64,000 nt of DNA from an uncultured virus (IMG/VR IMGVR_UViG_3300020050_002145) (lineage: Duplodnaviria; Heunggongvirae; Uroviricota; Caudoviricetes): IMG/VR virus record IMGVR_UViG_3300020050_002145. One strand, 5' to 3'. Of the stretch, positions 9,457 through 18,191 are shown one piece after another. How positions within the stretch are numbered: the first letter of the stretch is position 1; the number at the start of each line of letters is the position of its first letter. Under the pieces are notes generated by a model. The model was given only the letters and a program-made list of their open reading frames with translations. It did no database searches and was not told the origin of the DNA. A program made the translations under genes and the position numbers.

Positions 9457-9895
9457 TAACAGACTTACTCGTGAACTTGAATCCCGTAAAGAAGTAGAAC
9501 GTCCAAAGCAATGGGCGCCTGCTGAGACACTACCAGAACCGGATAAGCAGCCGGGTTTTGCGTATAGATGGATTCGTATTTCGACCTTAGATAAGGCCGA
9601 TCCCCGCAACTTGTCAGGCAAGCTACGCGAAGGATGGGAACCTGTGAAAGTGTCGGAACAACCAAGATTTCAACTGCTAATTGATCCTAACAGTCGTTTT
9701 AAAGACAACGTTGAGATCGGTGGGTTATTGTTGTGCAAGACGCCACAAGAGTTTGTAGATCAACGGAATAAACATTTCGATAATCAGACACAAGCTCAGA
9801 CGACTGCAATTGACAATAGCTTTATGCGAGAAAGCGATGTACGTATGCCACTCTTTGCGGAGCGCAAATCGTCTACATCGTTTGGTAAAGGTTAA
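9449..9895 (+). CDS. conserved head-module protein
   Basis: YRWIR...REGWEPV...GGLLLCK; coupled to the scaffold gene. Confidence 0.75.
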   Translation: MANNRLTRELESRKEVERPKQWAPAETLPEPDKQPGFAYRWIRISTLDKADPRNLSGKLREGWEPVKVSEQPRFQLLIDPNSRFKDNVEIGGLLLCKTPQEFVDQRNKHFDNQTQAQTTAIDNSFMRESDVRMPLFAERKSSTSFGKG

Positions 9896-9919
9896 TTTAA
9901 AACTTTTTTGGAGTAAATT

Positions 9920-10750
9920 ATGGCATATCCTGTTGTAGATGCCCCTTACGGGCTACAGCCGGTCAATTTGATCGGAGGTCAGGTATTTGCGGGTTCTACT
10001 CGTGAATATCCAATCACTAATGGTTACTCTACGAACATTTTCTACGGTGATTACGTAGGTTTGTCTCGTGGTGAAATCGTCCGCTTGTCTGTGTCTACTG
10101 GCACAGCAGGTAACCAAACCGGCATCTTTTTGGGATGTTCGTTTACCAACCCCGTCACAAAACAAAAGCAATTTCAACAATTCTGGCCTGCATCAACTGC
10201 GGCTGGTGATGCAGTAGCTATTGTTTCTGACGACCCTGATGCAGTTTTCAAAGGTGTTGTTTGCTCTGCTACTACTGTTATTGCTTCTGGCGCTCGCGCC
10301 ATGATCGGTCAAAATTTGGCAATGATCAACAATACAGGTAGTCTCGCATCCGGCAACTCTAGGAACGCAATCTTGGCTCCTACTGATACCCCTGCCACCA
10401 CTTCTTCCTTGCCCGTTCGCGTGCTTGGTTTAGTGCCTGACACGGCTGTTTCGCGTGGTACGGCAACGTATACCAGCATTTCTACTGCTACTGTGACCTG
10501 TTCGGCTCTGCCGTTTGCGTTACCGATTGGCACTGATGTTGGTTCGCTGGATTCGAACGGTCAATATATCAGTTCGGGTTCTTTTGTTGATACCGCGGCT
10601 TCTGCCGGTGCTACCTCGTTTATCTTGAACCAAGCTCCTGCCACAGCTTTTGGCGCCAGCTCTACGCTTGTGTTTATGCAGTATCCAGAGATTCTGGTCA
10701 AGATTAACTTTGGTCAGCATCAGTATTACGCTGGCACCAGCATCGCTTAA
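9920..10750 (+). CDS. putative capsid decoration/cement protein
   Basis: APYGL.P, IFYGD.V, G.FLGC.F, V.DDPD..F motifs; directly before the major capsid gene. Confidence 0.7.
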   Translation: MAYPVVDAPYGLQPVNLIGGQVFAGSTREYPITNGYSTNIFYGDYVGLSRGEIVRLSVSTGTAGNQTGIFLGCSFTNPVTKQKQFQQFWPASTAAGDAVAIVSDDPDAVFKGVVCSATTVIASGARAMIGQNLAMINNTGSLASGNSRNAILAPTDTPATTSSLPVRVLGLVPDTAVSRGTATYTSISTATVTCSALPFALPIGTDVGSLDSNGQYISSGSFVDTAASAGATSFILNQAPATAFGASSTLVFMQYPEILVKINFGQHQYYAGTSIA

Positions 10751-10761
10751 GGAGAAACTAA

Positions 10762-11673
10762 ATGGCTATTTCACGCGCACAACTATTAAAAGAACTCTTA
10801 CCGGGCTTAAATGCTCTGTTTGGTCTTGAATATGCTCGTTACGGCGAAGAGCATAAAGAAATCTACGAAACCGAAACATCGGAACGTAGCTTCGAAGAAG
10901 AAACAAAACTGTCAGGCTTCAGCGCTGCACCTGTTAAAAACGAAGGCTCTGCTATTCGTTACGACAATGCACAAGAAGCATGGACAGCACGATACAACCA
11001 CGAAACAATCGCTTTGGGTTTCTCCTTAACTGAAGAAGCAATCGAAGATAACTTGTATGACTCGTTATCAGCTCGTTACACCAAAGCTTTAGCTCGTGCA
11101 ATGTCTTACACCAAGCAAGTTAAAGCTGCAAACGTATTGAACAATGGCTTCTCATCGGCTTATACCGGCGGTGACGGCGTATCGTTGTTTAACACTGCGC
11201 ATCCTTTAGTTTCTGGTGGCACCAACGGTAACACTCCATCAACTGCTGCTGACTTGAACGAAACTTCGTTGGAAAACGCTGTTATTCAAATCGCTGCTTG
11301 GACTGATGAACGTGGTCTGTTGATCGCTGCTAAGCCTAAGAAATTGATCGTTCCACCAGCGTTACAATTCGTTGCAACTCGTTTGTTAGAGACCGAATTA
11401 CGTGTCGGTACAACTGATAACGATATCAACGCATTGAAGAACAATGGTTCGATCCCAGAAGGCTACACGATCAATCACTTCTTGACCGACACAAACGGCT
11501 GGTATTTAACTACTGACGTTCCAAACGGCATGAAGCATTTTGTTCGTAGCCCACTGGCTAACTCAATGGACGGCGACTTCGATACTGGTAATGTACGTTA
11601 CAAGTCTCGTGAGCGTTATTCGTTCGGTTGGTCTGATCCGCTTGGTATGTACGGTTCACCCGGTGCAGCCTAA
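10762..11673 (+). CDS. major capsid protein (HK97 fold, Mu gpT-like)
   Basis: Strong AAGGAG RBS, high-expression codon usage, PKKLIVPPALQF and RERYSFGWSDP motifs, followed by a terminator. Confidence 0.92.
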   Translation: MAISRAQLLKELLPGLNALFGLEYARYGEEHKEIYETETSERSFEEETKLSGFSAAPVKNEGSAIRYDNAQEAWTARYNHETIALGFSLTEEAIEDNLYDSLSARYTKALARAMSYTKQVKAANVLNNGFSSAYTGGDGVSLFNTAHPLVSGGTNGNTPSTAADLNETSLENAVIQIAAWTDERGLLIAAKPKKLIVPPALQFVATRLLETELRVGTTDNDINALKNNGSIPEGYTINHFLTDTNGWYLTTDVPNGMKHFVRSPLANSMDGDFDTGNVRYKSRERYSFGWSDPLGMYGSPGAA

Positions 11674-11682
11674 GTAATTGGG

Positions 11683-11706
11683 AGGGGGCTTCGGCCCCCT
11701 TTTTTA
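11683..11706 (+). terminator. intrinsic terminator after the capsid gene
   Basis: AGGGGGC-TTCG-GCCCCCT followed by a T-run. Confidence 0.9.
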
Positions 11707-11716
11707 TGGAGTAGAT

Positions 11717-11920
11717 ATGAATATCTTTATACAAAAACAGATTGAATCATCAGAACGTCTATACAAAATGATGCTAGATGACCATAAAAACCGCGTCAAA
11801 AGCGTGGCAGATGTATACGAGGTAAGTGAAAGTCTGCAAAAAAAGCTACGTGAACGTGATGAAGAGATAACAAAACTACGACGCCAGTTACGTGCCTATG
11901 AAGCAATAGAACGCATGTGA
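11717..11920 (+). CDS. small coiled-coil hypothetical protein
   Basis: GGAG RBS; heptad-like pattern. Confidence 0.6.
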   Translation: MNIFIQKQIESSERLYKMMLDDHKNRVKSVADVYEVSESLQKKLRERDEEITKLRRQLRAYEAIERM

Positions 11921-12000
11921 CCTGTTTTTGATTTGTAATATTCGTGGTGTAGTATTAAATGGCAGCCAGTCGGGGTTGCTATTTTGCTATGGAGAATATT

Positions 12001-12228
12001 ATGAAAGTGATAATTTCGTTTGAGTGTGATTACGAAGAATTGTTTGACGTTGTCGAATACGAAGAGTACGAAGATGATGAAGATGGCGTTGAGTACGACG
12101 AAGACGGCGTTGCTTGGTGGTTCGATGAAGAAGAAGAAATCTGGTACTTCTACGATGAAGACGCAGATGACTGGTTCGAGTGGGATGAGTCTGAGTACTA
12201 CGAGTTTGAAGAAGAAGTAGTTGCTTAA
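12001..12228 (+). CDS. highly acidic, aromatic-rich small protein (DNA-mimic candidate)
   Basis: 35 of 75 residues are D/E, 19 aromatic, one Lys; GGAG RBS. Confidence 0.7.
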   Translation: MKVIISFECDYEELFDVVEYEEYEDDEDGVEYDEDGVAWWFDEEEEIWYFYDEDADDWFEWDESEYYEFEEEVVA

Positions 12229-12596
12229 TTTAAGGAGGCTTCGGCCTCCTTTTTCTTTTTCTTTGCTTGGTATTCTGCGTCATGTAACTTACGGTGACAG
12301 TTTGCGCATAGTACAATACAGCGTTCTTCTATTTCTTTTAATGCGCCTTTGTAATTACCGTTTGTAAGCAGCCTATTAACTTTTTTATTGTCTTTTGCTC
12401 TTACAACGTGGTGAAAATCAAAGGTTGCGGGGTGAGTTTCTCCACACTGTATACGCATTAAAGTGGCTTTATAGTCTCGCCATTTTTTCCTATACTTTTC
12501 TTTATTGGACTTGATAGTTGCTTTAATTTTAGCTGTATGCTTAGCGTAATGCCGTTTGGCTATTTCTTTCTTTTTCTCTTTATCTTTAACCGGCAT
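12225..12596 (-). CDS. HNH endonuclease
   Basis: Basic N-terminus; QCGETHPATFDFHH...CIVLCANCHRKLH; likely start MPVKDKE. Confidence 0.85.
   Translation of the reverse strand: MPVKDKEKKKEIAKRHYAKHTAKIKATIKSNKEKYRKKWRDYKATLMRIQCGETHPATFDFHHVVRAKDNKKVNRLLTNGNYKGALKEIEERCIVLCANCHRKLHDAEYQAKKKKKEAEASLN
12231..12262 (+). terminator. intrinsic terminator
   Basis: AAGGAGGC-TTCG-GCCTCCTT followed by a T-run after the acidic ORF. Confidence 0.8.
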
Positions 12597-12661
12597 ACGT
12601 ATCTTAGTTAGGGTTAAAAAGCGTTTGCATTTTATAGTAGATATGGTATAACAGCAACATT

Positions 12662-12730
12662 CCGGGATTATCCGGTACGTCAAATAGCCCCGGCTAGCAA
12701 CATGCAGATTGGCGTACTTAACTCGCATGT
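12662..12730 (+). ncRNA. candidate kissing-loop cis-regulatory RNA in a 5' leader
   Basis: Two hairpins (12662-12693, 12700-12730) whose loops are complementary over 9 bp; ends at the GAGGA RBS; promoter-like TTGCAT...TATAAC upstream. Confidence 0.55.
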
Positions 12731-12744
12731 GAGGAAAATTTATC

Positions 12745-13439
12745 ATGGGTTTCGCTACGCACCTTGGTCCTTGGTTATTAGGCACCGTTAAAAATACTAC
12801 TGGAACAACTTCCGGTACCGTTCGCAATTTAGGCGCAACTGTTGTTGCCCAAACCATTCCTGTAACTTTTAATACGTTCGCTAACTTAACCGGCACTTTA
12901 GGTTCAATCCCTGCTGGCTCGTTAATTACTGGCGTTCAGATCATTACGTCTACTGACTTTAGCTCCGCTACTACATTAAAGATTACTATCGGTGGTACTG
13001 ATGTAGCTANNNNNNNNNNNNNNNNNNNNNNNNNNNNNNNNNNNNNNNNNNNNNNNNNNNNNNNNNNNNNNNNNNNNNNNNNNNNNNNNNNNNNNNNNNN
13101 NNNNNNNNNACCGGCACTTTAGGTTCAATCCCTGCTGGCTCGTTAATTACTGGCGTTCAGATCATTACGTCTACTGACTTTAGCTCCGCTACTACATTAA
13201 AGATTACTATCGGTGGTACTGATGTAGCTACAGCTTCTACTATTACTTCAACTGGCTTTATTAGTGTAACAATAGCTTCTACTTTCGCTGCTACTGCTGC
13301 TAATACTGGCACTACTGACGACTTGATTACTTACACTGCTACTGGTACTTCTTTAACTACTGGTGCTGCTACTGTTGTAATTCAGTATGTTGTTCGTGAC
13401 TCTAACGGCAACGCTAACCCTACTGCTACTCAACAATAA
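12745..13439 (+). CDS. Thr-rich virion structural protein, split by an assembly gap
   Basis: Removing the 100 Ns and one copy of the 121-bp duplication gives a continuous 157-aa ORF ending ...VVIQYVVRDSNGNANPTATQQ. Confidence 0.75.
13010..13109. other. scaffold gap (100 N) flanked by an exact 121-bp duplication
   Basis: 12889-13009 is identical to 13110-13230. Confidence 0.95.
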
Positions 13440-13454
13440 TAGGGAGGCATCATC

Positions 13455-13733
13455 ATGATGCAAACAGACGTTAAAAGTGCGGCAGCGGCAGCAAATGCGA
13501 CGACCACTATTTTTGGTGGTCCCACACGCATCAAAGGCATATCTATTAGCTATTCTACTGGTGCAACGGTTGTTTTAAACGACGGCACAGGCGGTACAGC
13601 GGTGTTCTCTTTTACTGCACCAGCGGCGGCGGGTTCTATCTACATGATGTTCCCCGGAGAAGGCATTAAATGTAACTCCAACGTTTCTGCTGTGGTAAGC
13701 GCAACGACTACGGCGGTTGTGTTCTATGGCTAA
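13455..13733 (+). CDS. small virion protein (beta-sandwich-like)
   Basis: GGAGG RBS; MQTDVK...R.KGI...PGEGI...VFYG. Confidence 0.75.
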   Translation: MMQTDVKSAAAAANATTTIFGGPTRIKGISISYSTGATVVLNDGTGGTAVFSFTAPAAAGSIYMMFPGEGIKCNSNVSAVVSATTTAVVFYG

Positions 13734-13971
13734 GACTCCGGCATGGACGAGGAAAGAAGGCAAAAATCCAAAAGGTGGATTGAATGCCAAAGGTCGTGCT
13801 TCTGCGAAAAAGCAAGGCATGAATTTGAAACCTCCCCAGCCGGAAGGCGGCGCAAGGAAAGAGTCGTTCTGCGCCCGTATGTCAGGTATGAAAAAGAAGC
13901 TTACATCTGCAAAGACAGCGAACGATCCGAATAGCCGGATAAATAAGTCATTGAGGGCGTGGAAATGCTAG
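13726..13971 (+). CDS. small basic protein (DUF6321-like)
   Basis: AWTRKEGKNPKGGLNAKGRAS...SFCARMSGM...SRINKSLRAWKC. Confidence 0.75.
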   Translation: MAKTPAWTRKEGKNPKGGLNAKGRASAKKQGMNLKPPQPEGGARKESFCARMSGMKKKLTSAKTANDPNSRINKSLRAWKC

Positions 13972-14156
13972 ATCAACACGAAGCTACTAAACACGCTATT
14001 GATGCGGTGTCTGTCTTAACAGTATTAGGTACTCTTATGGAAGCGTTACCCGCTATTGCGGCGTTATTTACTATTATCTGGACGGCTATTCGCATTTGGG
14101 AAACCAAAACTGTTCAGAAGTTTATTGCTGAGTTTAAAGGAAAAGATAATGGCTGA
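13965..14156 (+). CDS. small membrane protein (holin-like)
   Basis: Hydrophobic segments ...LPAIAALFTIIWTAIRIWET with a basic tail. Confidence 0.6.
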   Translation: MLDQHEATKHAIDAVSVLTVLGTLMEALPAIAALFTIIWTAIRIWETKTVQKFIAEFKGKDNG

Positions 14157-14505
14157 TATGAAAATAAAATTTGGGGGTAGGGAATTAGAAGTAGACGATA
14201 TGGTAGAACGTAACCCAAAAAAATCAAGGGACGTTAAACCTCTCCCTCTCCCTAAATCTACAACTCCTAAAAAAATAAAAGAGTATTCAACGCCAACCAA
14301 AGACAAGCAGTCTGAAAGCAGTAAGCAGGAGCAAGAGAACGAACGCCTAGATAAAAAACAAGAAGATGAGTATAAGAAATATCAAGAAGGTGAAAAGACT
14401 CGCCTAAAAGATCAGGGTTCTAGTTTTTTCAAAAAAGGTGGCAAAGTTTCTTCTGCGTCTAAACGTGCAGATGGTTGTGCAATTCGTGGTAAAACTAGAG
14501 CTTAA
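14149..14505 (+). CDS. charged protein with C-terminal KKGG..SASKRADG..GKT module
   Basis: Coupled start; C-terminal module shared with the 14521 and 15465 ORFs. Confidence 0.7.
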   Translation: MADMKIKFGGRELEVDDMVERNPKKSRDVKPLPLPKSTTPKKIKEYSTPTKDKQSESSKQEQENERLDKKQEDEYKKYQEGEKTRLKDQGSSFFKKGGKVSSASKRADGCAIRGKTRA

Positions 14506-14520
14506 TTAAGGAGTATTAAA

Positions 14521-14838
14521 ATGGCTACAAAAATGAACGCAGGTTTTATGGCAATGATGAAGAAAAAAACAAGTGATAAGCCAATGAAAAAAGAAGGTAT
14601 GGCTAAGACTAAGAAGATGGCTATGGGTGGTTACGCCGAAGGTGGTATGCCTATGGTTATGAAAGATGGCAAAAAAGTACCTTCATTTGCTGCTGATGGC
14701 AAAGGTAAGATGGCTAAAGGCGGTATGGCTAAGACTAAGAAGATGGCTTCTGGTGGCTCCGCTTCGTCACGTGCTGATGGTATCGCTGTTAAAGGCAAAA
14801 CCAAAGGTAAGATGATGGCTAACGGCGGTAAGTGCTAA
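14521..14838 (+). CDS. Lys/Met/Gly-rich small protein with repeated MAxGG motifs
   Basis: AAGGAG RBS; MAMGG, YAEGG, MAKGG, MASGG, MANGG. Confidence 0.8.
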   Translation: MATKMNAGFMAMMKKKTSDKPMKKEGMAKTKKMAMGGYAEGGMPMVMKDGKKVPSFAADGKGKMAKGGMAKTKKMASGGSASSRADGIAVKGKTKGKMMANGGKC

Positions 14839-14847
14839 GGATTAGCT

Positions 14848-15117
14848 ATGAGACCTTCACGTGGAATGGGGGCTATTCGCTCCTCCAAGATGCCTAAAAC
14901 TACAGTTAAACGGGACGGTAATGAGCCTGTTAAGTTGTACAAAAAAGGTGGTGGGGTCAATGCTGCAGGTAACTACACCAAGCCCGGTATGCGTAAAGCT
15001 ATGTTTGAAAGTATTAAAGCCCGTGCAGTTCAGGGTACAGGTGCAGGGCAGTGGTCAGCTCGTAAGGCGCAGTTACTTGCAAAGAACTATAAAGCTAAAG
15101 GCGGCGGTTACAAGTGA
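14848..15117 (+). CDS. basic protein carrying the N-terminal half of a DUF5872-like domain
   Basis: YTKP..R...GQWSARKAQLLA..YK..GGGY. Confidence 0.7.
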   Translation: MRPSRGMGAIRSSKMPKTTVKRDGNEPVKLYKKGGGVNAAGNYTKPGMRKAMFESIKARAVQGTGAGQWSARKAQLLAKNYKAKGGGYK

Positions 15118-15347
15118 AAGCCCCACAACAATCGCTTAAAGATTGGGGAGACCAGAAATGGCGAACCAAAAGTGGGAAGCCCTCGTCCAAGACAGGTGAA
15201 CGATATTTGCCTGAAAAGGCGATTAAAGCTCTAACCACCGCAGAATATGCGGCGACTACCAAAGCAAAACGTACAGGTAAGAAAGCAGGAAAGCAGTTTG
15301 TTAAACAGCCGAAAGGCATAGCAAAGAAAACAGCGGGGTATAGATAA
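15114..15347 (+). CDS. basic protein, C-terminal half of a DUF5872-like domain
   Basis: Q.SL..W..Q.W.TKSG...ERYLP.KA...GKQFV. Confidence 0.7.
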   Translation: MKAPQQSLKDWGDQKWRTKSGKPSSKTGERYLPEKAIKALTTAEYAATTKAKRTGKKAGKQFVKQPKGIAKKTAGYR

Positions 15348-15464
15348 TGGAAAAGCATACAGAACATACAAACGATTGCTTGATTGATATAGCAGGTCAG
15401 TGTAACTGTGACGCCATAACGGATGAACAGATAGACGCTGAGTTGTTAGAGAAAGAAGAAGCAA

Positions 15465-15788
15465 ATGACTGATAATTTTACGCCCGCAGAAAATGTTTTT
15501 CGTGTTGTAGACGGTAGGTATATGCACAACAATGAAGAGATTTCTAAAGCCGAGTTTGATAGGCGTAAGGCTGAAGCGGATAACGCTATGGGTGCTATGC
15601 GTGGGTCTGGACAGCGCAGTAAACCAATGACTATGCAAGAACGTAAATCAAAATCATTTTCTGATATGGAAGGCCTGAAAAAAGGCGGTAAGGTTAAGAA
15701 AATGGCTTCTGGCGGCAAGGTTTCTTCCGCTTCCAAACGTGCAGATGGCTGCGCTACCAAAGGTAAAACCAAAGGGAAAATGGTTTAA
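15465..15788 (+). CDS. protein with C-terminal KKGG/MASGG..SASKRADGCA.KGKTKG module
   Basis: Shared C-terminal module; coupled to the next gene. Confidence 0.7.
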   Translation: MTDNFTPAENVFRVVDGRYMHNNEEISKAEFDRRKAEADNAMGAMRGSGQRSKPMTMQERKSKSFSDMEGLKKGGKVKKMASGGKVSSASKRADGCATKGKTKGKMV

Positions 15789-16723
15789 TGACAACTACGG
15801 GCACAACAGCGTTTAATCTTGAGTTCACGGATATAGCTGAAGAAGCGTTTGAACGTGCGGGGCGTGAGCTTCGTACGGGTTATGACTTGCGTACTGCCCG
15901 TCGTAGTATGAATTTAATGACCATTGAATGGTCTAATCGTGGTATCAACATGTGGACAATCGAGCAGGGTACTATTGACCTGACTCCCGGAATAAATACG
16001 TACGCATTACCGTACGACACAGTTGATTTACTAGAGCATTTAATCCGTACAGGGCAAAACGATGTGTCAACGCAAGCTGACCTTACTCTGTCTAGGATTT
16101 CTGTATCTACATACGCCTCAATACCTAATAAGTTAACTCAAGCTAGACCTATTCAGATATGGGTACAGCGTCTATCTGGTCAAACTGCACCTTCAGGTAC
16201 GTACTTAGCGCAAACTATTAATGCTACCGCTACGACTATAGTTGTAGGTTCGGTGGCTAATCTAGCTTCATCAGGGTTTATAAAGATAGACAACGAGATT
16301 ATCCTGTACGAATATTTAGATGTAGCTACTAATTCGTTGGGTGGGTGTTCACGAGGTCAAGCAAATACGACCGCAGCAGCCCATACCGCAGTAGGTGTTA
16401 CAACTCTTGTATATGTGCCGAATATACCTTGCGTCACTGTTTGGCCTACACCAGATAATTCAACACCGTATCAACTTGTTTATTATCGTATGCGTCGTAT
16501 CGACGATGCTGGTAGTGGTCTTGAAACCCCAGATATGACATTCCGCTTCTTACCTTGTGTAACTGCTGGGCTAGCATACTATGTTGCTATGAAAATACCA
16601 GAGGGAACTGAGCGTTTACCTATGTTAAAAGCAGTATATGACGAGCAATTTATGTTGGCGGCAGGTGAAGATCGTGAAAAGGCTACGGATCGGTTTGTAC
16701 CTCGTATGTATAGACCGCACTAA
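15788..16723 (+). CDS. head-tail adaptor/completion protein (P22 gp4-like) with inserted domain
   Basis: I.EEAFER.G...ARRS.NL...EW.NRG.N.W N-terminus; RFLPC..AGLAYY.A C-terminus. Confidence 0.7.
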   Translation: MTTTGTTAFNLEFTDIAEEAFERAGRELRTGYDLRTARRSMNLMTIEWSNRGINMWTIEQGTIDLTPGINTYALPYDTVDLLEHLIRTGQNDVSTQADLTLSRISVSTYASIPNKLTQARPIQIWVQRLSGQTAPSGTYLAQTINATATTIVVGSVANLASSGFIKIDNEIILYEYLDVATNSLGGCSRGQANTTAAAHTAVGVTTLVYVPNIPCVTVWPTPDNSTPYQLVYYRMRRIDDAGSGLETPDMTFRFLPCVTAGLAYYVAMKIPEGTERLPMLKAVYDEQFMLAAGEDREKATDRFVPRMYRPH

Positions 16724-16725
16724 TC

Positions 16726-17091
16726 ATGGGAAATAAGTTTGCAGCCGGTTATAAGTCGATTGCAGAGTGTGATCGCTGTGGTTTTCGCTATAAATTGAGT
16801 AAGTTGCAGAAGTTAGTAGTAAAGAATACAGTTATTAACATGAAAGTATGTCCGCAATGCTGGGACCCAGATCATCCGCAGTTAAAACTTGGTATGTATC
16901 CAGTAGAAGATGCACAAGCGGTACGTGAACCACGCCCAGACTTAACTACTAACGAGTTGAACATTGGGTCTAGGGATATTCAGTGGGGCTGGAACCCAGT
17001 AGGGTTTGGTAATGGTGGTGATAATGGACTTGCTGTCAACAGATTAGTGGCTCTAGGGCAAGTAGGTTCAGTAACTGTAACAATTTCTTAG
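16726..17091 (+). CDS. zinc-finger-containing virion-module protein
   Basis: CDRCGF...VCPQCWD.DHPQL. Confidence 0.75.
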   Translation: MGNKFAAGYKSIAECDRCGFRYKLSKLQKLVVKNTVINMKVCPQCWDPDHPQLKLGMYPVEDAQAVREPRPDLTTNELNIGSRDIQWGWNPVGFGNGGDNGLAVNRLVALGQVGSVTVTIS

Positions 17092-17100
17092 GAGTTTAAA

Positions 17101-17283
17101 ATGGACAAGATGGATAAATCGCAAGACAAAAAAATGATCAAAAAAGCTATGGGTCAGCACGATAAACAACAGCATGGCGGCAAGAAAACTAAGATCGCTT
17201 TGAAAAAAGGCGGTGTAACTAGTTTGGCTATGAAAACTATGGGTCGTAACATGGCACGTGCTAACAATCAAAGGGGCAGATAA
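17101..17283 (+). CDS. small basic protein with LKKGG motif
   Basis: AGGAG RBS; D..QDK.MIKKA..QH...H...LKKGG...GRNMAR. Confidence 0.75.
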   Translation: MDKMDKSQDKKMIKKAMGQHDKQQHGGKKTKIALKKGGVTSLAMKTMGRNMARANNQRGR

Positions 17284-17546
17284 TGGCTAAATACAGCAAG
17301 AAGCTCATGGGTAAAGAAGTAGGTGATGCTGCAGTGTACGCCGAGCCGCATACTATGGACGGCAAAAAACTTAGCATTGACGACGTAAACAAGTATACCG
17401 CCGGTGCTGATGTCGTAAAAGATATGAACATTTCTGTTGGTGGTATTAGTAAAGGTAACTATAAAGAAACCAAAACTACCGGCATTAAAGTTCGTGGTAC
17501 TGGCGCAGCTACTAAAGGTTTGATGGCACGTGGCCCTATGGCTTAA
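17283..17546 (+). CDS. small basic protein
   Basis: Coupled start; C-terminal G.KVRGTGAATKG.MARGPMA. Confidence 0.75.
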   Translation: MAKYSKKLMGKEVGDAAVYAEPHTMDGKKLSIDDVNKYTAGADVVKDMNISVGGISKGNYKETKTTGIKVRGTGAATKGLMARGPMA

Positions 17547-17556
17547 GGAGTAAGTT

Positions 17557-18183
17557 GTGAACTACGCCGAGTTAAAGACTAATATCAAGAACATTTGTGA
17601 GAACGCTTTCACAGATACTGAACTCGCTATGTTCACCCAACAAGCTGAACAGAAAATATATAACACGGTGCAGATACCGGCGTTACGTAAGAACGAAACA
17701 GGTAACGTGTCAACAGGTAATTCATATTTAACATTACCCCCAGACTTTTTATATATTTTCTCTTTAGCGGTTATTACTACTGAGGGATATAAGTACCTAC
17801 TAAATAAAGACGTTAACTTTATACGTGAGGCTTATCCTTTCCCTGCAGTTACTGGCACTCCTAGATCGTATGCAATTTTTGACACCAACACCTTAATAGT
17901 AGGACCTACTCCTGACAGTAACTACTCAGTAGAGTTGCATTATGGATACTATCCAGAGTCTATTGTTACAGCAGGAACTACATGGTTAGGTGACGAATTT
18001 GATTCTGCCTTATTAAATGGAGCGTTGATAGAAGCTATCCGCTTTATAAAGGGCGAAGCCGATATGATTGCACTGTACGAGAAGATGTACTTGCAAGCGA
18101 TTACATTACTTAAAATGCTTGGTGACGGTAAGTTGCGTGAAGACGCTTACAGAAGTGGTCAAGTTCGTGTACCTGTTTCTTAA
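17557..18183 (+). CDS. phage adaptor / tail tubular protein A-like
   Basis: MNY.ELK..I...AEQ.I, P.DF, G.P..YA, .PTPD..Y.VELHY, TTWL...LL.G.L.EA. Confidence 0.75.
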   Translation: MNYAELKTNIKNICENAFTDTELAMFTQQAEQKIYNTVQIPALRKNETGNVSTGNSYLTLPPDFLYIFSLAVITTEGYKYLLNKDVNFIREAYPFPAVTGTPRSYAIFDTNTLIVGPTPDSNYSVELHYGYYPESIVTAGTTWLGDEFDSALLNGALIEAIRFIKGEADMIALYEKMYLQAITLLKMLGDGKLREDAYRSGQVRVPVS

Positions 18184-18191
18184 GGATAATT

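Noticed and set aside
12597..12896. N-terminal extension of the HNH ORF given in the ORF track
   Set aside because: It overlaps the opposite-strand structural gene and its leader; the realistic start is ATG at 12596.
12889..13230. 121-bp exact direct repeat around 100 Ns as a biological duplication or DGR template/variable repeat
   Set aside because: The copies are identical, flank a scaffold gap, and collapsing them restores one intact ORF; this is typical of an unmerged contig overlap. No reverse transcriptase is present.
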